DNA of 60,996 bases, the filler included, from Hausera hauseri (taxonomy: Eukaryota), in the NCBI GenBank assembly GCA_046269625.1. It is 11 parts of 11 records of this genome, joined end to end, with 100 filler letters (N's around TTAATTAATTAA, not from the genome) between each part and the next. Parts side by side here need not be neighbours in the genome. Positions count along the whole stretch, not along the records: positions 31,353 to 39,435 come from JBJURY010788757.1; positions 39,536 to 45,244 come from JBJURY010201748.1; positions 45,345 to 49,719 come from JBJURY010610665.1; positions 49,820 to 54,008 come from JBJURY010711770.1; 7 more parts are not named here. The stretch is one strand, 5' to 3'. Below the pieces are notes generated by a model, which did not search any database, was not told where the DNA came from, and saw only the letters and a program-made list of their open reading frames with translations. Positions 39,078-52,800 of this stretch are shown one piece after another (within the stretch, counting starts at the first letter, position 1; every line of letters starts with the position of its first letter). Made by a program: the position numbers and the translations under genes.

Positions 39078-39405
39078 AAGTGATGCAATCTCCTTGGTAA
39101 TTGTCACTATAGGTCCAGTGAAGGTGATGCAATCTCCATGGTAATTGTCACTATAGGTCCAATAAGGGTGATTCTTCTTGCTAATCGTCATTATCAGAGG
39201 CCAGTAAAGGTGACGCAATCTCCTTGCTAATCATCATTATCAGTCCAGTAAAGGTGATGCAATCTCCTTTCTAATCATCATTACCAGTCCAGTAAAGGTG
39301 ATGCAGTCTCCTTGCTAATCATCATTACCAGTCCAGTAAAGGTGATGCAATCTCCTTGCTAATTATCATTATCAGTTCAGTAAAGGTGATGCAATCTCCT
39401 TGCTA
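39078..39405. repeat. 44-bp minisatellite, ~7.5 copies
   Basis: Unit AAGGTGATGCAATCTCCTTGCTAATCATCATTACCAGTCCAGTA. Confidence 0.95.
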
Positions 39406-39535
39406 AATCTGTGATGGGCGTTGAGGCATATTCATNNNNNNNNNNNNNNNNNNNNNNNNNNNNNNNNNNNNNNNNNNNNTTAATTAATTAANNNNNNNNN
39501 NNNNNNNNNNNNNNNNNNNNNNNNNNNNNNNNNNN

Positions 39536-42500
39536 CTCTTAGGAGAAGGTCGGGAACTCGTTCACGATCACCTATTAAAAAGGATGTAGAAAAGGAGGAA
39601 GACTTCACCATCACTTTAGGAGATGAAATAGAGTTAAATAGTCCTGTAATAACCGCAAGCATGCCGGAAACAACAAGTGTTTCGAATATCGATGAAATTA
39701 ATGAAATATGTCCGTTACCATTTATCGAATATGAATCAGAAGATGGAAAATCTATAAAGTTGGGGAAAATTAGAAAATCATGGAGAAACTCAAACGAACT
39801 AACCGAGACAAGAGACGCACTTAATGACCCCGAGAGGTTACAGGAGAGCTTGCAAAAACTCCAGCAGAAGAGCAAACAGTTGGATATTTCTGGAAAAGAA
39901 CAACAATTTATAGAAAAGTTATATGAAAAGCTTAAACCCGGTTCTCAGAAAAAGCAAAAAAACATACCTTACGAACGATAAGAAATACCGCGAGACTTGA
40001 TAGAAAGTTGGCAAAATAAATTAGAACTATGGACAAAGAGTGAGATCGATTTTACGAAAATATGGTGGAATAGAAATGAGCCATTTCCCGAGCAAATTAA
40101 TCAAGCGCAAGGACTATTAGACGCACTAAAAGGCAATCCAAAACTAAAACTGGTGAGGCGTAATTTAGAAGGATTGATGCATGAGATCGAATAAACGATA
40201 ATTTCTTACCTGCATAATAAGCCGGTATATGAACTGACTGATGCCTACTTAAAGATATTGGGTATAGACCAAGTCGACATTTCCTTTCTAATAGAAATGT
40301 GCAGCCTAACAAAGGATAACTCGGAATTACCCAGATTTAACAATACGTATTGAAAAAGAAAAAGAAATACGAGCCAAAATTAACGAATTAAGAATCGGTT
40401 TAGTTTACCTTGAAAAGGCAGAAATACAGAGAATAATACGTGCTTGTCTTCTCGAATTAGATGAGTATAGAGAAGAATTCAACTATCTGAAACATCATAG
40501 AATTTGTACGAGGACCAGACCATGAACTAAAAGAAGCTTTTGAGGCGTTGGACGAAATAATATGTTAAACCAGCAATATCTAAACAATTAAGAAAGTGGA
40601 TAGACTTGTTACCTTTCATAGCAGGGATAATAAACTAAAGATGGAGAAATTTCGCTGTGGTTGAACCTATAATGAGACGTTAATTGGAGGAAATGTTACT
40701 GGATATCGGTACAATGGAAGATGAAGCGAAATTACGAATTAAATTCGAATCATTCCGAGAACTTGAATTTATGAGCAAGGAGCAAGATCAAATAACATTA
40801 ACAGAAATATATAGTATGATAGAGGAAAAGGATTTCTACAGAAAAAGAAACAAGCTGAGTGAACTCCAGCCAAGTTTAGTAAAAATCCGTTGGGAAGGAA
40901 TACAGAACCTAATACAGAAACCGTTAAAGGAAATCTCCGTACAAGAAATAGAAACATTAGAAGTATGTAACGATCACCGAATTGCTCTGGCGCAGACACT
41001 ACAGTATTTACAGAATCCAGCAGAATGGACACCAGGATTCGACCTACATTGCCACACCGAACTAACGGAAATAAGGAAGGATCTCCAGTTAACGGGCGAT
41101 GAAGCCAAATTTATAGGCAGGTTAATGGATGCAATAGATTCAGACGCCGAAGTACTAAACCAAATGCACAAACTAATCTTACTATTAACAGAAATGACAA
41201 ATTGACGAAACAGTAGCCAAACGACTAACAAATCGAATACGGCTGATAAAAGAAACCCTGTTACGCTCCGAAAAAAGACAACGCGAGCTAAACGAATTAT
41301 TGAGGGAAAGAGAAATTTACAAAAACAAATATTCGCTTACAGAATCCGAAATGAACAATAAGACGGAATTTATACAGAGACAGAATCGCAGAAATGACTA
41401 GTTATCGGTAAAGAGCTCTGATTCAACCAGAAGAAATGTGCCGGTTAATAACATTGATACAAGCGTGCGGAAATGGAGACGGATTTAGACTATCCGTAAT
41501 GAAAACGTTGCAACCGCAGATAAGAGCATTGCGCGAAAGAGTCCAGGTCGGACATGCGACACTAATGAACTACGAATTACCTGACGCAGAGAATGATTCC
41601 GAGTGGGATGAATATCTACAAGGTTTAACCGATCAAAATCAAAGAACTCCAATACAAATTTACGAGTCACCTCCCGGTGCCTAGAAGACGAAATTTGACA
41701 TGCAAATGTTACTTGATCCTGTGCTAGCCGAAAAGGAATTGAGCGGTGTGTTGAAAATAAACATAAGTGAAGATAGGTTAAGGAAGTTGATTCCAACCTT
41801 GACTAAACTATCCAGCGAAAACACCGCATACAGCGTTGTACCCAAGCTTCTAATAAGGGAATATGCTAAACTATTAAAGGAGAAACCTGAAGCACAAATT
41901 AAAGTCAAAGTATCATCCGAATGGATGGACGACGAAGAATTCGAATGCACTACCTATACCACAGTGGGAGATATAAAACAGTGGATAATGGATAAAGATG
42001 GTAGAAGTTAATTATCGATTATATTTCAGAGGAAGGATACTAGACGAGCTAGAATCCTTAATAGACGTAGGGATTATACGTCACGAAGAAAATCGAATAA
42101 TAGCAATAATCGTTAGTGAGCAGACTAAAGACGAAGCTATGAGGAAAGCACATACAGAGCATTGCGTTGGAAAAATCATGGGAGTGCAGGATTCCGCAAT
42201 GTATTTCGAATATTTACAGACCGACGATGACAAACCGCAATACGATAAAAATGTGTTTCCTCTAAGCGAAACCGTACCACCAATAAAACCGAAACGACCG
42301 GTCGGAAGACCGAGAAAAACAAAAGAAATTGATTATAATGCAGACCTAATTAGGGAATTGAGACAATTATCGGTACCAAGCCCGAGCTCGGATAACGAAG
42401 AATTGATTGAATTAATGAGATATTTGATAAGGATAGTCAACTATACTGGACTTCAAGCGACATACTATCCGAGAAGGAAAAACTAATATGCAATATAGCC

Positions 42501-42764
42501 GGGACAATGAAAACTTCACGATTTAAATGATCTAAAAGCACTCTTCCAGACGAAATAGTAATTGATAGAATTATGATAGACAGCACGATGGAAGAATTAA
42601 GGAAAGTTTTGATACATTTAGCAGTGGGAACCAACCCTCTTCGGGAAAACGAATTTTACAAGGCAATTGGATTATCTAGAAAAGCTGCGAGAAAGATTTC
42701 CAAAGAAATAAAGTGGACTAAATTGTTTGAAAAAGTAAAAATGCAAAAGGGACTAATAAGTTAG
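39536..42764 (+). pseudogene. Long decayed ORF region of an env-bearing retroelement (ubiquitin-like domain, AT-hook)
   Basis: Chain of same-strand ORF fragments; Ubl-like TTVGDIKQWIMDKDG/YRLYFRGRILDELESLIDVGI at ~41890-42110; KRPVGRPRK at ~42290-42320. Confidence 0.6.
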
Positions 42765-42769
42765 AAGAT

Positions 42770-45244
42770 ATGATACGAAATATTTCTTTAAATAAAGGTA
42801 ATGAATCCAACTGGTTAGTCAATCTGATGACAATAATGATGTTAATAAAACAGCTAGGAGCAGTCACTATATACAACTGTGATAAATTCAAGATAAGTCA
42901 AAGATATTCTCTAATGAATCTGGAAGCGTGTGAATATGCAAGACCACACAAGTTAGAAATGAGGGAGAAAAATTACTTCTTGTACCAGCAACAAGATCTG
43001 ATATCGTTAGACGGAATGGAATGCATGTTGCAACGATTTTGCAGTATTTTTCACTGTGGATTAATGCACGGACATTCTTCGATAATCAAACCAACAACTC
43101 CCCAAATTCCCATGAAATTGGAACGGCAGCACTGCAAACAGGCTAAAGAGACTGGAAGAGTACAATGGGACAATATGGAATTAAAAATGCAAGCTGTAAA
43201 AATAATTAGGGCATACAAAGTAGTAGCCGGAAGGTTAAACATGCATAATGGACACTGTAGTGGAGCTGAATACGATACTGGTAAGGGCTTAGAACCAAAT
43301 GTAGTAGTTCTGGATTTCTACGAATCAGAAATGAGAACACAGAAATTAATGTTTCATAGCGTCAACAAGTTATATACGGAGAACCAGAAATGTCATTTAC
43401 AGGATGGAACCTGTGCCTTTAAGAGCTCAGTTATAATATGGGAACCTCCCTCAGGAAGAAGTTGTAATTTTATTAAAATCAAAGAACTAAAGTTTAATGA
43501 GACCACCGGGAAACGATACGTGCATAAATTGGATACCAATTCAAGGACGCGCGAGGATGTATTAGAACATTCTACGCCCACCATATTAATCTCCGATCAA
43601 CACGGACTAAAATTTATCAAGGAAGTGATGTCACGTTGTGATGTGGTAATGTTTGCTACTATCTACGAAGCATTCTTCGTAGCCGAAACTGAGATAAATG
43701 CAAGGACTTATAAGTTGGAAACACAAGATATCAGGATTGAGGACTATCTGAAGAGACGATTAGTTTTATTACAAAGAACAAACTGGAATAACTGAGTTAT
43801 ACCACAAAATGATAACGAACGACTGTAAATTTGATACTGAGATCATGAGGACAAAACTGGCTCTTATATATGCCAATCCAGAACTGGCTTTGCCAATAAT
43901 TCCTATGAGATAGGGAATCTTTTGTCGAGTTACAGGCGAAGTACTAATAACTTACGAATATGAAGAGATGTACCCATCAATGTAGAAGAGAAATGTTGCA
44001 TCCAGGAATTTCCTGTCATCTATCAGAACACTCCTAGACTAGCTATACCATTGACGAGAGTATTATTGGATAATGCAACCCAACCCACTATTTTAAGATT
44101 GTAAAGCGAGCTTAGGAGAGCCCATGTTTAGGCGTAGTGAGACAGACTGGGTCAGTTTACCGAATGGAGGTATTACTGCTACCCCAAACAAATTAACAGG
44201 GACATCTTGCGAAAGGAATTACGTACGATAAATTTCAGGATACTTCATCGAAAGGCATATATAGGCCTAAGGAGATTGAAGCCTTTAGATAATTCCTCGC
44301 TTTTCCACAACGAACGCATGAATTAAACCGAGCCATGGCTTCTGTAGTAGACGATACCCGATATCAGGCTAAGTGGGAATCTCTACTTCGCACTAATCAC
44401 TACCAAAGAGTAACTTCAGAAATATTGTATAAGATTTCGGGAAGATTTTTAATTTTCGGACAAGCTGTATTTGGATTCTTAGCCATCTACTTAGTTCAGT
44501 TATTTAAAGCAGTAATACAAGCTATCATCAACGGATACGAAATATTCACATTAACCGGATTCTCCTGTAAGATTTTAAGTGCAATTATTACACTTTGGGA
44601 TAATGCTCAAGGCCTACGAGGAAAATCGATGGAAAAATGATGTAGAACGCCATGTCGGATACTATAATCGCAAGCGACGAGGAAAACTTTCGATTTTGTA
44701 TAGACGGAAAAATAAGACAACAGTAACAACTAAGGATGATTCAAGTGATGACGAGCCTAAGGGAGAAGTGAATTCCAGAATGAAGATGCGCAAGATGTAT
44801 TCAGTAATTAACGCACTGTTACCTATCATGCCGCCAACAGCACCAATATATGAAGACTAACCGCAAATCAATCGTATCATGTCGGTCCGAGATCTATCAA
44901 AAACCGTTTAATTACGAAGATCCTTATGAAAAAACAAAACAATATGGAGTACTACGGAAAATGAATGTTATCCACCAAGGATCAACAGAAATCGACATGA
45001 TGCTTATGTACCTTTTATTTTACCCCAATGTCAATCATGGAAAAATTTATACTGGGCAAATGTCAGTAAACCCATCAGCCCCTCGGTATATGGAACATGG
45101 AGGGATGTATCTCACGTATCAAGTTTTGTAAATGAAACAGAATTACGAGGAAAATCCCATACCATAAAACTGCGAACCCACATGTAAAACGAGTAATAAG
45201 AATGGGCCCCAACCCTTTATGAAACCAGGTAAGTAGTAGGATTG
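42770..45244 (+). pseudogene. env: Chuvirus-like glycoprotein (env) with TM segments and cytoplasmic tail
   Basis: Signal-like WLVNLMTIMMLIKQLGA, then IYNC..YSL..C, HCGLMHGHSS, CHLQDGTC..IIWEP, RVTGEV, EFPV, PLTRVL; TM FLIFGQAVFGFLAIYLV. Confidence 0.75.
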
Positions 45245-45344
45245 NNNNNNNNNNNNNNNNNNNNNNNNNNNNNNNNNNNNNNNNNNNNTTAATTAATTAA
45301 NNNNNNNNNNNNNNNNNNNNNNNNNNNNNNNNNNNNNNNNNNNN

Positions 45345-48300
45345 TCATGAACTGACGTTCGATTGACGAAAACACATGCATTGATGTATTCGTCCCAGTC
45401 ATCTTGCCTAGTATTTACTACTGTTTGTAATTTTCCCTTCAAATCTCCAATATATCTCTCAACCATTCCATTATTCTCCGGATGTCCGGGCGTTGACCGC
45501 AACTTTAATATTTTCACAATATCATATATGGACTGCATCACTATTCCCGTCAAATTTGATGCTTGATCGGTCGAGAGGATTCTCGGAGCTCTATAATTGA
45601 ATACTATGCTTTCCACGAATCTTTTAGCAATTGTGTCTGCCTTCATGTCAGGCTTTGGTAAGGCAACCACCCATCCGGTGGAATAATCGATGAATACCAA
45701 TATATACTTATTTCCATTTTGTGTTAGTGGTAATGGTCCCGTTATATCCATAGCGGTAAACTCAAATGGTGCTGGAGGGTTGTCCCATACTTTTAATGGT
45801 GCTTTGAATTTCGATCCTGTGTTTTCCGTGTAGAAAACAGTTTACAGCTTTCACACAATTCCTGCACGTTTTTTGTTATCCGTGGCCAAAAATATTTTCG
45901 TTTTAATTTGCTTGATGTCTTATTAGCAGATTGATGTCCTCCAAGCAATCCATCGTGGTATTGCGTAAGCAGAACTGCCCTATTTTTCTTAGGAATTACT
46001 AATGCGGGTTTGTTTTGAGTAATAAAATATAAAAATCCTTCCTTCTCCTCGTATGCTTCGCTGAATTGAGGCAGGTGACGAGTTAACTCTCTATCAACTG
46101 GCACGGTCTTACCTTTTATATATTTCCTAATGGCTCTTGTTTTTTCATCTTCATTCTGATTTGCTTTAATTTTCTCAATTGATCCATCCATACTCCATAC
46201 GGCTGCAACTACTGCTTTCGTTTCAGTTTTGTCGGGTAATCTCGATAGGTAATCGGCATTGGCATTGCGCGTGACAGGCTTGTATTGAAAATTTAATGTA
46301 TACTGTTGTAGCTTCAGGGCCCATCGTAGTAATCTACTATTCGGGTTTTCATGCTGTTTTAGCCATTGCAGTGGTCTATGGTCCGTATAAATTACAAGCG
46401 GTTTATTTTCACTAATATACGGTAAAAACATTTCCAAGGCGAATATCACCGCTAATAACTCCTTTTCTGTTATAGCTTATTTCTTTTGATGTTTATTAAG
46501 TTTTCGTGAAGCATAGGCTACAGGATGTTCCTTCCCATCTTTACCCTTTTGTGACAATACTGCTCCTAATCCGTAATCACTTGCATCTGTTGCCAGAATA
46601 AATGGTTTGGTCATGTCTGGATATATCAATATAGGAGCCGTTAATAGTCTATCTTTTAAATATTCGAAAGTTTTCTGACATTCGGTAGTCCAAATAACCT
46701 TATCTAAATCTTCACGTAATAACTCATACAAAGGTTTTGCGATTTTACTAAAATCCTTTATAAATCTCCGGTAATAGTTGGCTAGTCCTAGGAACTGACG
46801 GAGTTCTCTCACTGTACCAGGCTTAGGAAAATCCTTTATTTTTCCTAAGAGCTTGTCCTGAGGTTTTACACCATGTCTATCTACTTTATGCCCGAGAAAA
46901 TCCACCTCTGATTGTGCAAACGAACACTTCTTGGGGTTTATCTTTAAGCCCATTATTTCACATCTATCGAAGAGATCTTGCAAATCCTTTAAATGTTGAT
47001 GAAAATCTGATGACGCTATTATTACGTCGTCTATATATACCATGACGTGTGGAGCGTCTAACAGCAGGAGTTCTGTTCCTCTCTGGAACGTTGGAGGTCC
47101 ATTCTTTAGTCCAAAGGGCATCCTATTGAACTCCCATAACCCTTGTCCAATTGAGAAGGCTGTCTTCGGCTTATCTTCTTTTTTAACTTCCACTTACCAA
47201 TAACCTTTTTATAGATCGATGGTTGTAAATATAGTTGATCCATGTAGTTTATCTAGTATCTCGTCGATTCTTGGTAATGGGTATGTATCTGTTTCCGTTA
47301 TTTCATTTAGGGCTCTGTAGTCTATGCAAAATCTCATACTTCCGTCTTTCTTTTTAACCATTACTACCGGCGCTGTCCATGGTGAGCAGCTTTGCCGAAT
47401 TATCTTATTCTCTCTCATCTCCTTTATTATTCTACGGGCTTCCTGTTTCTTGTCATATGCCAGCCGGTATGGTCTCTTCTTAATTGGTTTGTCTTGTCCA
47501 TCCTTCAATTTGATGACATGCTGAATTACCTTCATGGTACCAAGGTCATAATCGGTTTGTGCAAATCGACTGGCATTCTTTTCTAGTAATTTGACTAACA
47601 TTTCCTTTTCTTCCTTGCTTAAAATTTCGCATTTTTGCAACCTTTCATTCCAGTCAATATTCGTGGTTTTACTTTGTCTTTTATCCTCACTCATTTTCTT
47701 CAGTTTCTCTGTCATCATCTTTTCTATTTTATCTACGTCTGATATTACTGAATAGGTCTCATCTTTTATTATTTCTTCAGTTATCGTTACCTTTCCCAAT
47801 TTAGTATTTTTCCGTAATCGCTTTTCTCTATTTGTTGCATTGCAAATTCGTAAGTGGATTTTTCCTTCCCTTACTTTATCGACGTGCGGGGCAATTAAGA
47901 CTTCGTACTTTTCCATAACTTGTGGAAATGGTTCGAAATGAATAATTTCCGGTAGTGTTCGGCTTTGTATTTTTCCGGGTACTATTATCTCGGATCGTGG
48001 TGGGATCGTAATGTCCCTCGTTAATGAAACCATTCCTTCGTTACGATCTTCGCTGAACGTCTTCAGTTGACATGTTTTCATGTCTCTGTATGCGTCCTCC
48101 AATTGATTCAATACGTCACACCCGATTAGAATTTCATTAGTCAGATTATCGGCTATTCTTATCGTGTGTTTCAGGGTTTGTTCACCAATCTTAATCTTGG
48201 CATCTAGGACCATTTTGATTTCCTCTTCTGTACCAAATGCTCCTACATTTACCATTGTGATAGTTGGTTTTCTTAACTTCTTTCTTAACTCTTTTGGCAA

Positions 48301-48420
48301 TTGGCTCTTGCCCATTATTGTCGTTGTAGATCCTGTATCTAACAAAGCCATCATGGGGTATCCGTTCACTTCTATTTCTATTTCGGGTCGTATCGGTGGT
48401 GGTCGTTCGGTTTTATCATT
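45345..48420 (-). mobile_element. pol: Gypsy pol: PR, dUTPase-like-fold spacer, RT, RNase H, integrase
   Basis: [45 protein letters not shown] zinc motif, MDITGPLP, STDQASN. Confidence 0.97.
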
Positions 48421-49719
48421 AATTGTATATGTAGATTCACGCTTATGGGGGACTGCATTTTCGTACATACTTTGTTTCATCTGTTGCACTTGTTGTATAG
48501 GATACAGTTCTGCATGTCCTACATATTGGGGAGCTGAATAATTTATTAACGTTTGCTCGTTATATAGTTGCCCGTGGTATTCATCCGCAGGATCCAACTG
48601 AGGCAGGTCAGTTATTAATTTTTGTCTATACTTGGACTTTCGTGTCTTTAACATTAAGTGTTTAATGCTAGGTATTCGTTTCTTTACTTTCATTTGGCTA
48701 TACTCAGCATCATTATCATCCGGTATACTATATAAGGATTCTTTTATGTCTTTCCTCTTTAGTATCTTCCTCTTCCATCGTGCATCATGGTTTGCTAAGA
48801 AACAACTTGCTACTGCCGGTATTACCGCTATTAGAATTTTCCATGAGCATCCTACTGCGGCATGTATCCCATATGCTTTACCTAGTGCCGTAAATACTGT
48901 TCGAAGGGCACTAATTATAAAATATATCGCTAGAAAACCGGAAGCGGCTTGACCAAAATATAAGAACTTGCCCCACATCTTTTTCATTACGTTTTTCGTC
49001 ACCTTCTTTAAATAGTCCTTACCAATAAGGTTTTCCCACTATGGTGATCCTTCGCCATCCCACATAACTCTCCTTGTCAATTCCGTTATAACCCTCTGTC
49101 TATGCTGTGGAAACAGCAACATACGTCGATAGTCTTTTAGATTTTGCTGTGCGTAGATTTCTCCTTGCGATATTCCAGTCAACGGTTCAAATTTCTGATT
49201 CCGTTGTAAATTAATTAAACTCAATGTCTCTGGTTTGGATACTGATTCTATTTTTGGCATCCTGATCTATTTATCGTTATCAATCTTGAACATGGGTGAC
49301 ATATTAAAGGTACAATTATATAGAGACGTTGGCTTCACGTTATTATCTAATAATATTCTAGTTACTGGGATCACGTATCTTGGTTCCATATGGTACATCA
49401 CAAGTAATTCCATCGTGCATTCTTCTGTTGGCCTAATTGATACTTCCACTTTTGTACATTCTATTGTTATTAAAACTTCGCCCATTATTCTGCCGATAAT
49501 TCCATCAACGAAGGCATTACAGGCGCTACCATATCCGGGTTCGTTATTACCAGCGCCATTTTATTACGCATTATTTCGTAATTCAGCTTGCACTCTTTCA
49601 TTATTATTTCACGATATAGACCTCTAACTTCTTTTCTTACGTAATTGATTAAAAAATCAATCTTATTGTAGAAATATTGCGTCAGTTTTATCTTTCTTAT
49701 CTATTTTGGTTTTCGCCCC
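48421..49719 (-). pseudogene. env: Env C-terminal half, contiguous and in frame with PR-RT
   Basis: Homologous to 43750-45130 ([28 protein letters not shown]); single ORF 47209-49002 spans TM, tail, protease and start of RT. Confidence 0.85.
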
Positions 49720-49819
49720 NNNNNNNNNNNNNNNNNNNNNNNNNNNNNNNNNNNNNNNNNNNNTTAATTAATTAANNNNNNNNNNNNNNNNNNNNNNNNN
49801 NNNNNNNNNNNNNNNNNNN

Positions 49820-52800
49820 CTATGAACTTCTCCCTGCTGTAAGTACTAAACGTCACATGATGTGATCTGTTAGATGTTACTGGTGCTTGTGGAGTTGTTC
49901 GAGGGAGAGATACTGTAGATTTTGTGGTGTTTTGGAAGAATGCTTCATGAACAGGAGAGAGTTGAGAAGAAGCTGAAAAGGGAAAAGGATCACGCGCAGA
50001 AGACGAGACTGGAAATGGAAACGAATCGTGCGATAAAGGTAAAATGAGTAGTAGATGTGCAGGCAATGACGGAGAAGTTAATGTTGAAGGAGCAGTGGTT
50101 GCTGACGGAAGTGAAGAGAAGTGATTTCGACGCGAGACCGAATGCTGCGAAAGATTAAAATCGTCAAGGAAATTAGATGATGGCTCGAGGGTACAGGAGT
50201 TAGAGTTGGGATTTGAGACAAGGCTGTTATACTGGTCATCGTCAACGAAGGCTGGCTTAAGATTAGAGATGTGTACGTTTTGAGGTCTGTCCTTGCGTAA
50301 AATAGTGGCGGTGTGCGAAGAAAGGATCAGTAATTTGTAAGAGCCAACGTATTGGAGCCGAAAACCAGAAGATGACGGATCCTTCAGCCATACAAACTTA
50401 ACTGAGTATACGTCTTCTGGGATATAAGATTTGTCTTTATTTATAAGACGGAAGAAGGCATTTGAGTTGACATCAGCAAAGTGGGACTCTGCCACACGAA
50501 TAACTTCATCTGACGGACTTTCATCAACATTGGAGAGCTCAAATAGTGTACGAACTGGTGTCCCAAAGAGAGCCTCAGCTGGCATACAGCATGTGGTGGT
50601 GGATGGCGTGTTGCGCCAACCGAGTAGGACAAGAGGAAGAATTGAGGTCCAGTTATGATTGTTGTTTGCCAAGATTTTTAAGGAAATCTTCATGGTGCGA
50701 TGAAATTTCTCGAGAAGACCATTTGCTTGGGGATGGCACGGCGTCGTATGGAGATGGGCTATCCCCAAGTGCTTTACAAGAGATTTGAAAAGATCACCTT
50801 CAAATTGTGGACCCTGGTCCGTTATCATGTGACGTGGTGAGCCAAAAGGGCTGACCCATATCGTGATAAATGCATCTGCTACTAAGTCGGTGTTGGTTGA
50901 TCGAGGCGGAAGGGCTTCAGGCCAGCTGGAAGCACGATCCATCATGGATAAGATATATTAATAACCATTGTCGGAAGGTAGAGGACCCGCAAGATCTAAA
51001 TGCACTGTTTCAAAACGAGAAGTGCAAGGGAAGTGGTAAAGTGGTGGTTTGATGTGTTTGTGGATTTTATATTGCTGACATGCTACACATCTCTTGACCC
51101 AGATCTGTACATTGGTACGCATAGTTGGCCGTATAACGTGTAGTTGCAATAGATGAATTGTGGCTTTTGAACCCGGATGATGAAGAGAGTGAAAGTGATT
51201 GAAAGCTGTCTTTTGTAGCGATGGAGAAAGAATGATTTTCTTGTTGGTCGAGTTGAAAATGTCATAAGCGATGCAATCGATGATTTCAACAGATTTAAAG
51301 GCTTGGAGAATATCGGATGATGACTGATTGCCTCTCAGGATCTCAGAGGAGAAAATTATCTGAACTGTAATTGAGTTAACCGACCGCGAAAGGAAATCCG
51401 TTACTAAATTTTCGGTGCCTGAAATATATTTCATGGAAAAACTAAACGTCGAGAGATATGATATCTGTCGTTCTTGTTTGGGTGAGGGCTGTTTCAAAGT
51501 CATTATGTAAAGTAAAGGCTCATGGTCGGTTTGGATGGTAAATTGACGTGAAAGAAGCAAGTGCTTGAAATGCTTTACCGCTAGAACTACAGTCAAGAGT
51601 TCACGATCGAATGTTGAGTATCGGTTTCCGGTTGAGTAAGCTTTTGGGAATAGAATTCTAATGGTTCATCGACGCCATTGTATATTTGGTTTAATATCGC
51701 ACCAGTTGCTGTGGTTGAGGCATCGGTAGTTAATATTAGATCAGCGTTTGGCTTTGGAAAGGCCAAGATTTCCACAGTTATCATACCTTCACAAAGACGA
51801 TCAAATTGGTTTACTAGATCGGGAGTCCAATGGATTAACTGTTTTTTCTTCCCGGATGAGAGGTATGCGAAAGGTGCCGTTAGTTTGGCGCAGTGTGGCA
51901 CGTATTTGAATACGAAATGCAATGTCCCTAGAAAACTCCTCATATCGGTAGTAGCGGTTGGCAACGTCACATTTTTTAATTGTTGTAAGCGATCAGGCTG
52001 GGGCGAGTGCCCTTTGGGAGTAATTATGTGGCCTAAGAAGTTGACACGTTTCTGGAAGAAATTGCATTTGTCGAAATTAATTTGCAGGTTGCTTTGATGC
52101 TCATGATATTGTTTGATGGAGCTTAAAGCGACTGATATATCATCTATGTATGGGTGAGCAAAATCAAGATCAGAAAGAACGGTGTCAATGTGGCGCTGAA
52201 AGGCCTGAGATGCGCTACGAAGTCCGAAAGGCATTAAGATGTAATCATAAAAACCAAATGGTGTGATGACAGCAGTTTTTGGAATGTCATCAGGTGAAAC
52301 AGGAATTTGATGATAGGTCTTGCGCAGATCCATGGTAGAATAGGTATTGGTGGCATTGAGGCTATAAAGGATATCCTTAATGAGTGGTAGTGAATAGGCA
52401 TCTGTAATGGTCAGGTTGTTTAACTGACGATAATGGCCTATAAGTCCCATCTTTCTTTGCTACTACATGACGAAAAGACGCCCCAGGTGAATTCGATCTT
52501 CGAATGATGCCAGACTTTTCAGTTCATTAAATTCCTGCTTCACAACTTTTCGTCTGCGTGGTGACAAGGGTCTGACCTTTTGTTTGATAGGTCTCTGATG
52601 CTCAGTTACTATATGATGATAAGTTGAGGATGGAAGCTTGAAGTTGATGTACCTTTTATCTATGCGAAAGTAAGACGTTGTAATGTATGATTTAAGATCG
52701 GTGTCTAGAGATAAGAATGGTTGAGGCATATCATCTGAAAAACAGTTGCAGTAATTTGTGAAAGGCAACTGGCATCGCCACTGTCAACACCCAATCTGGA

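Noticed and set aside
39078-39405. Possible CRISPR-like array
   Set aside because: Units are contiguous with no unique spacers; an ordinary minisatellite in eukaryotic DNA.
39536-49719. Contigs H and I as one inverted or composite element
   Set aside because: Separated by an artificial spacer, and their env sequences are diverged relatives rather than halves of one copy.
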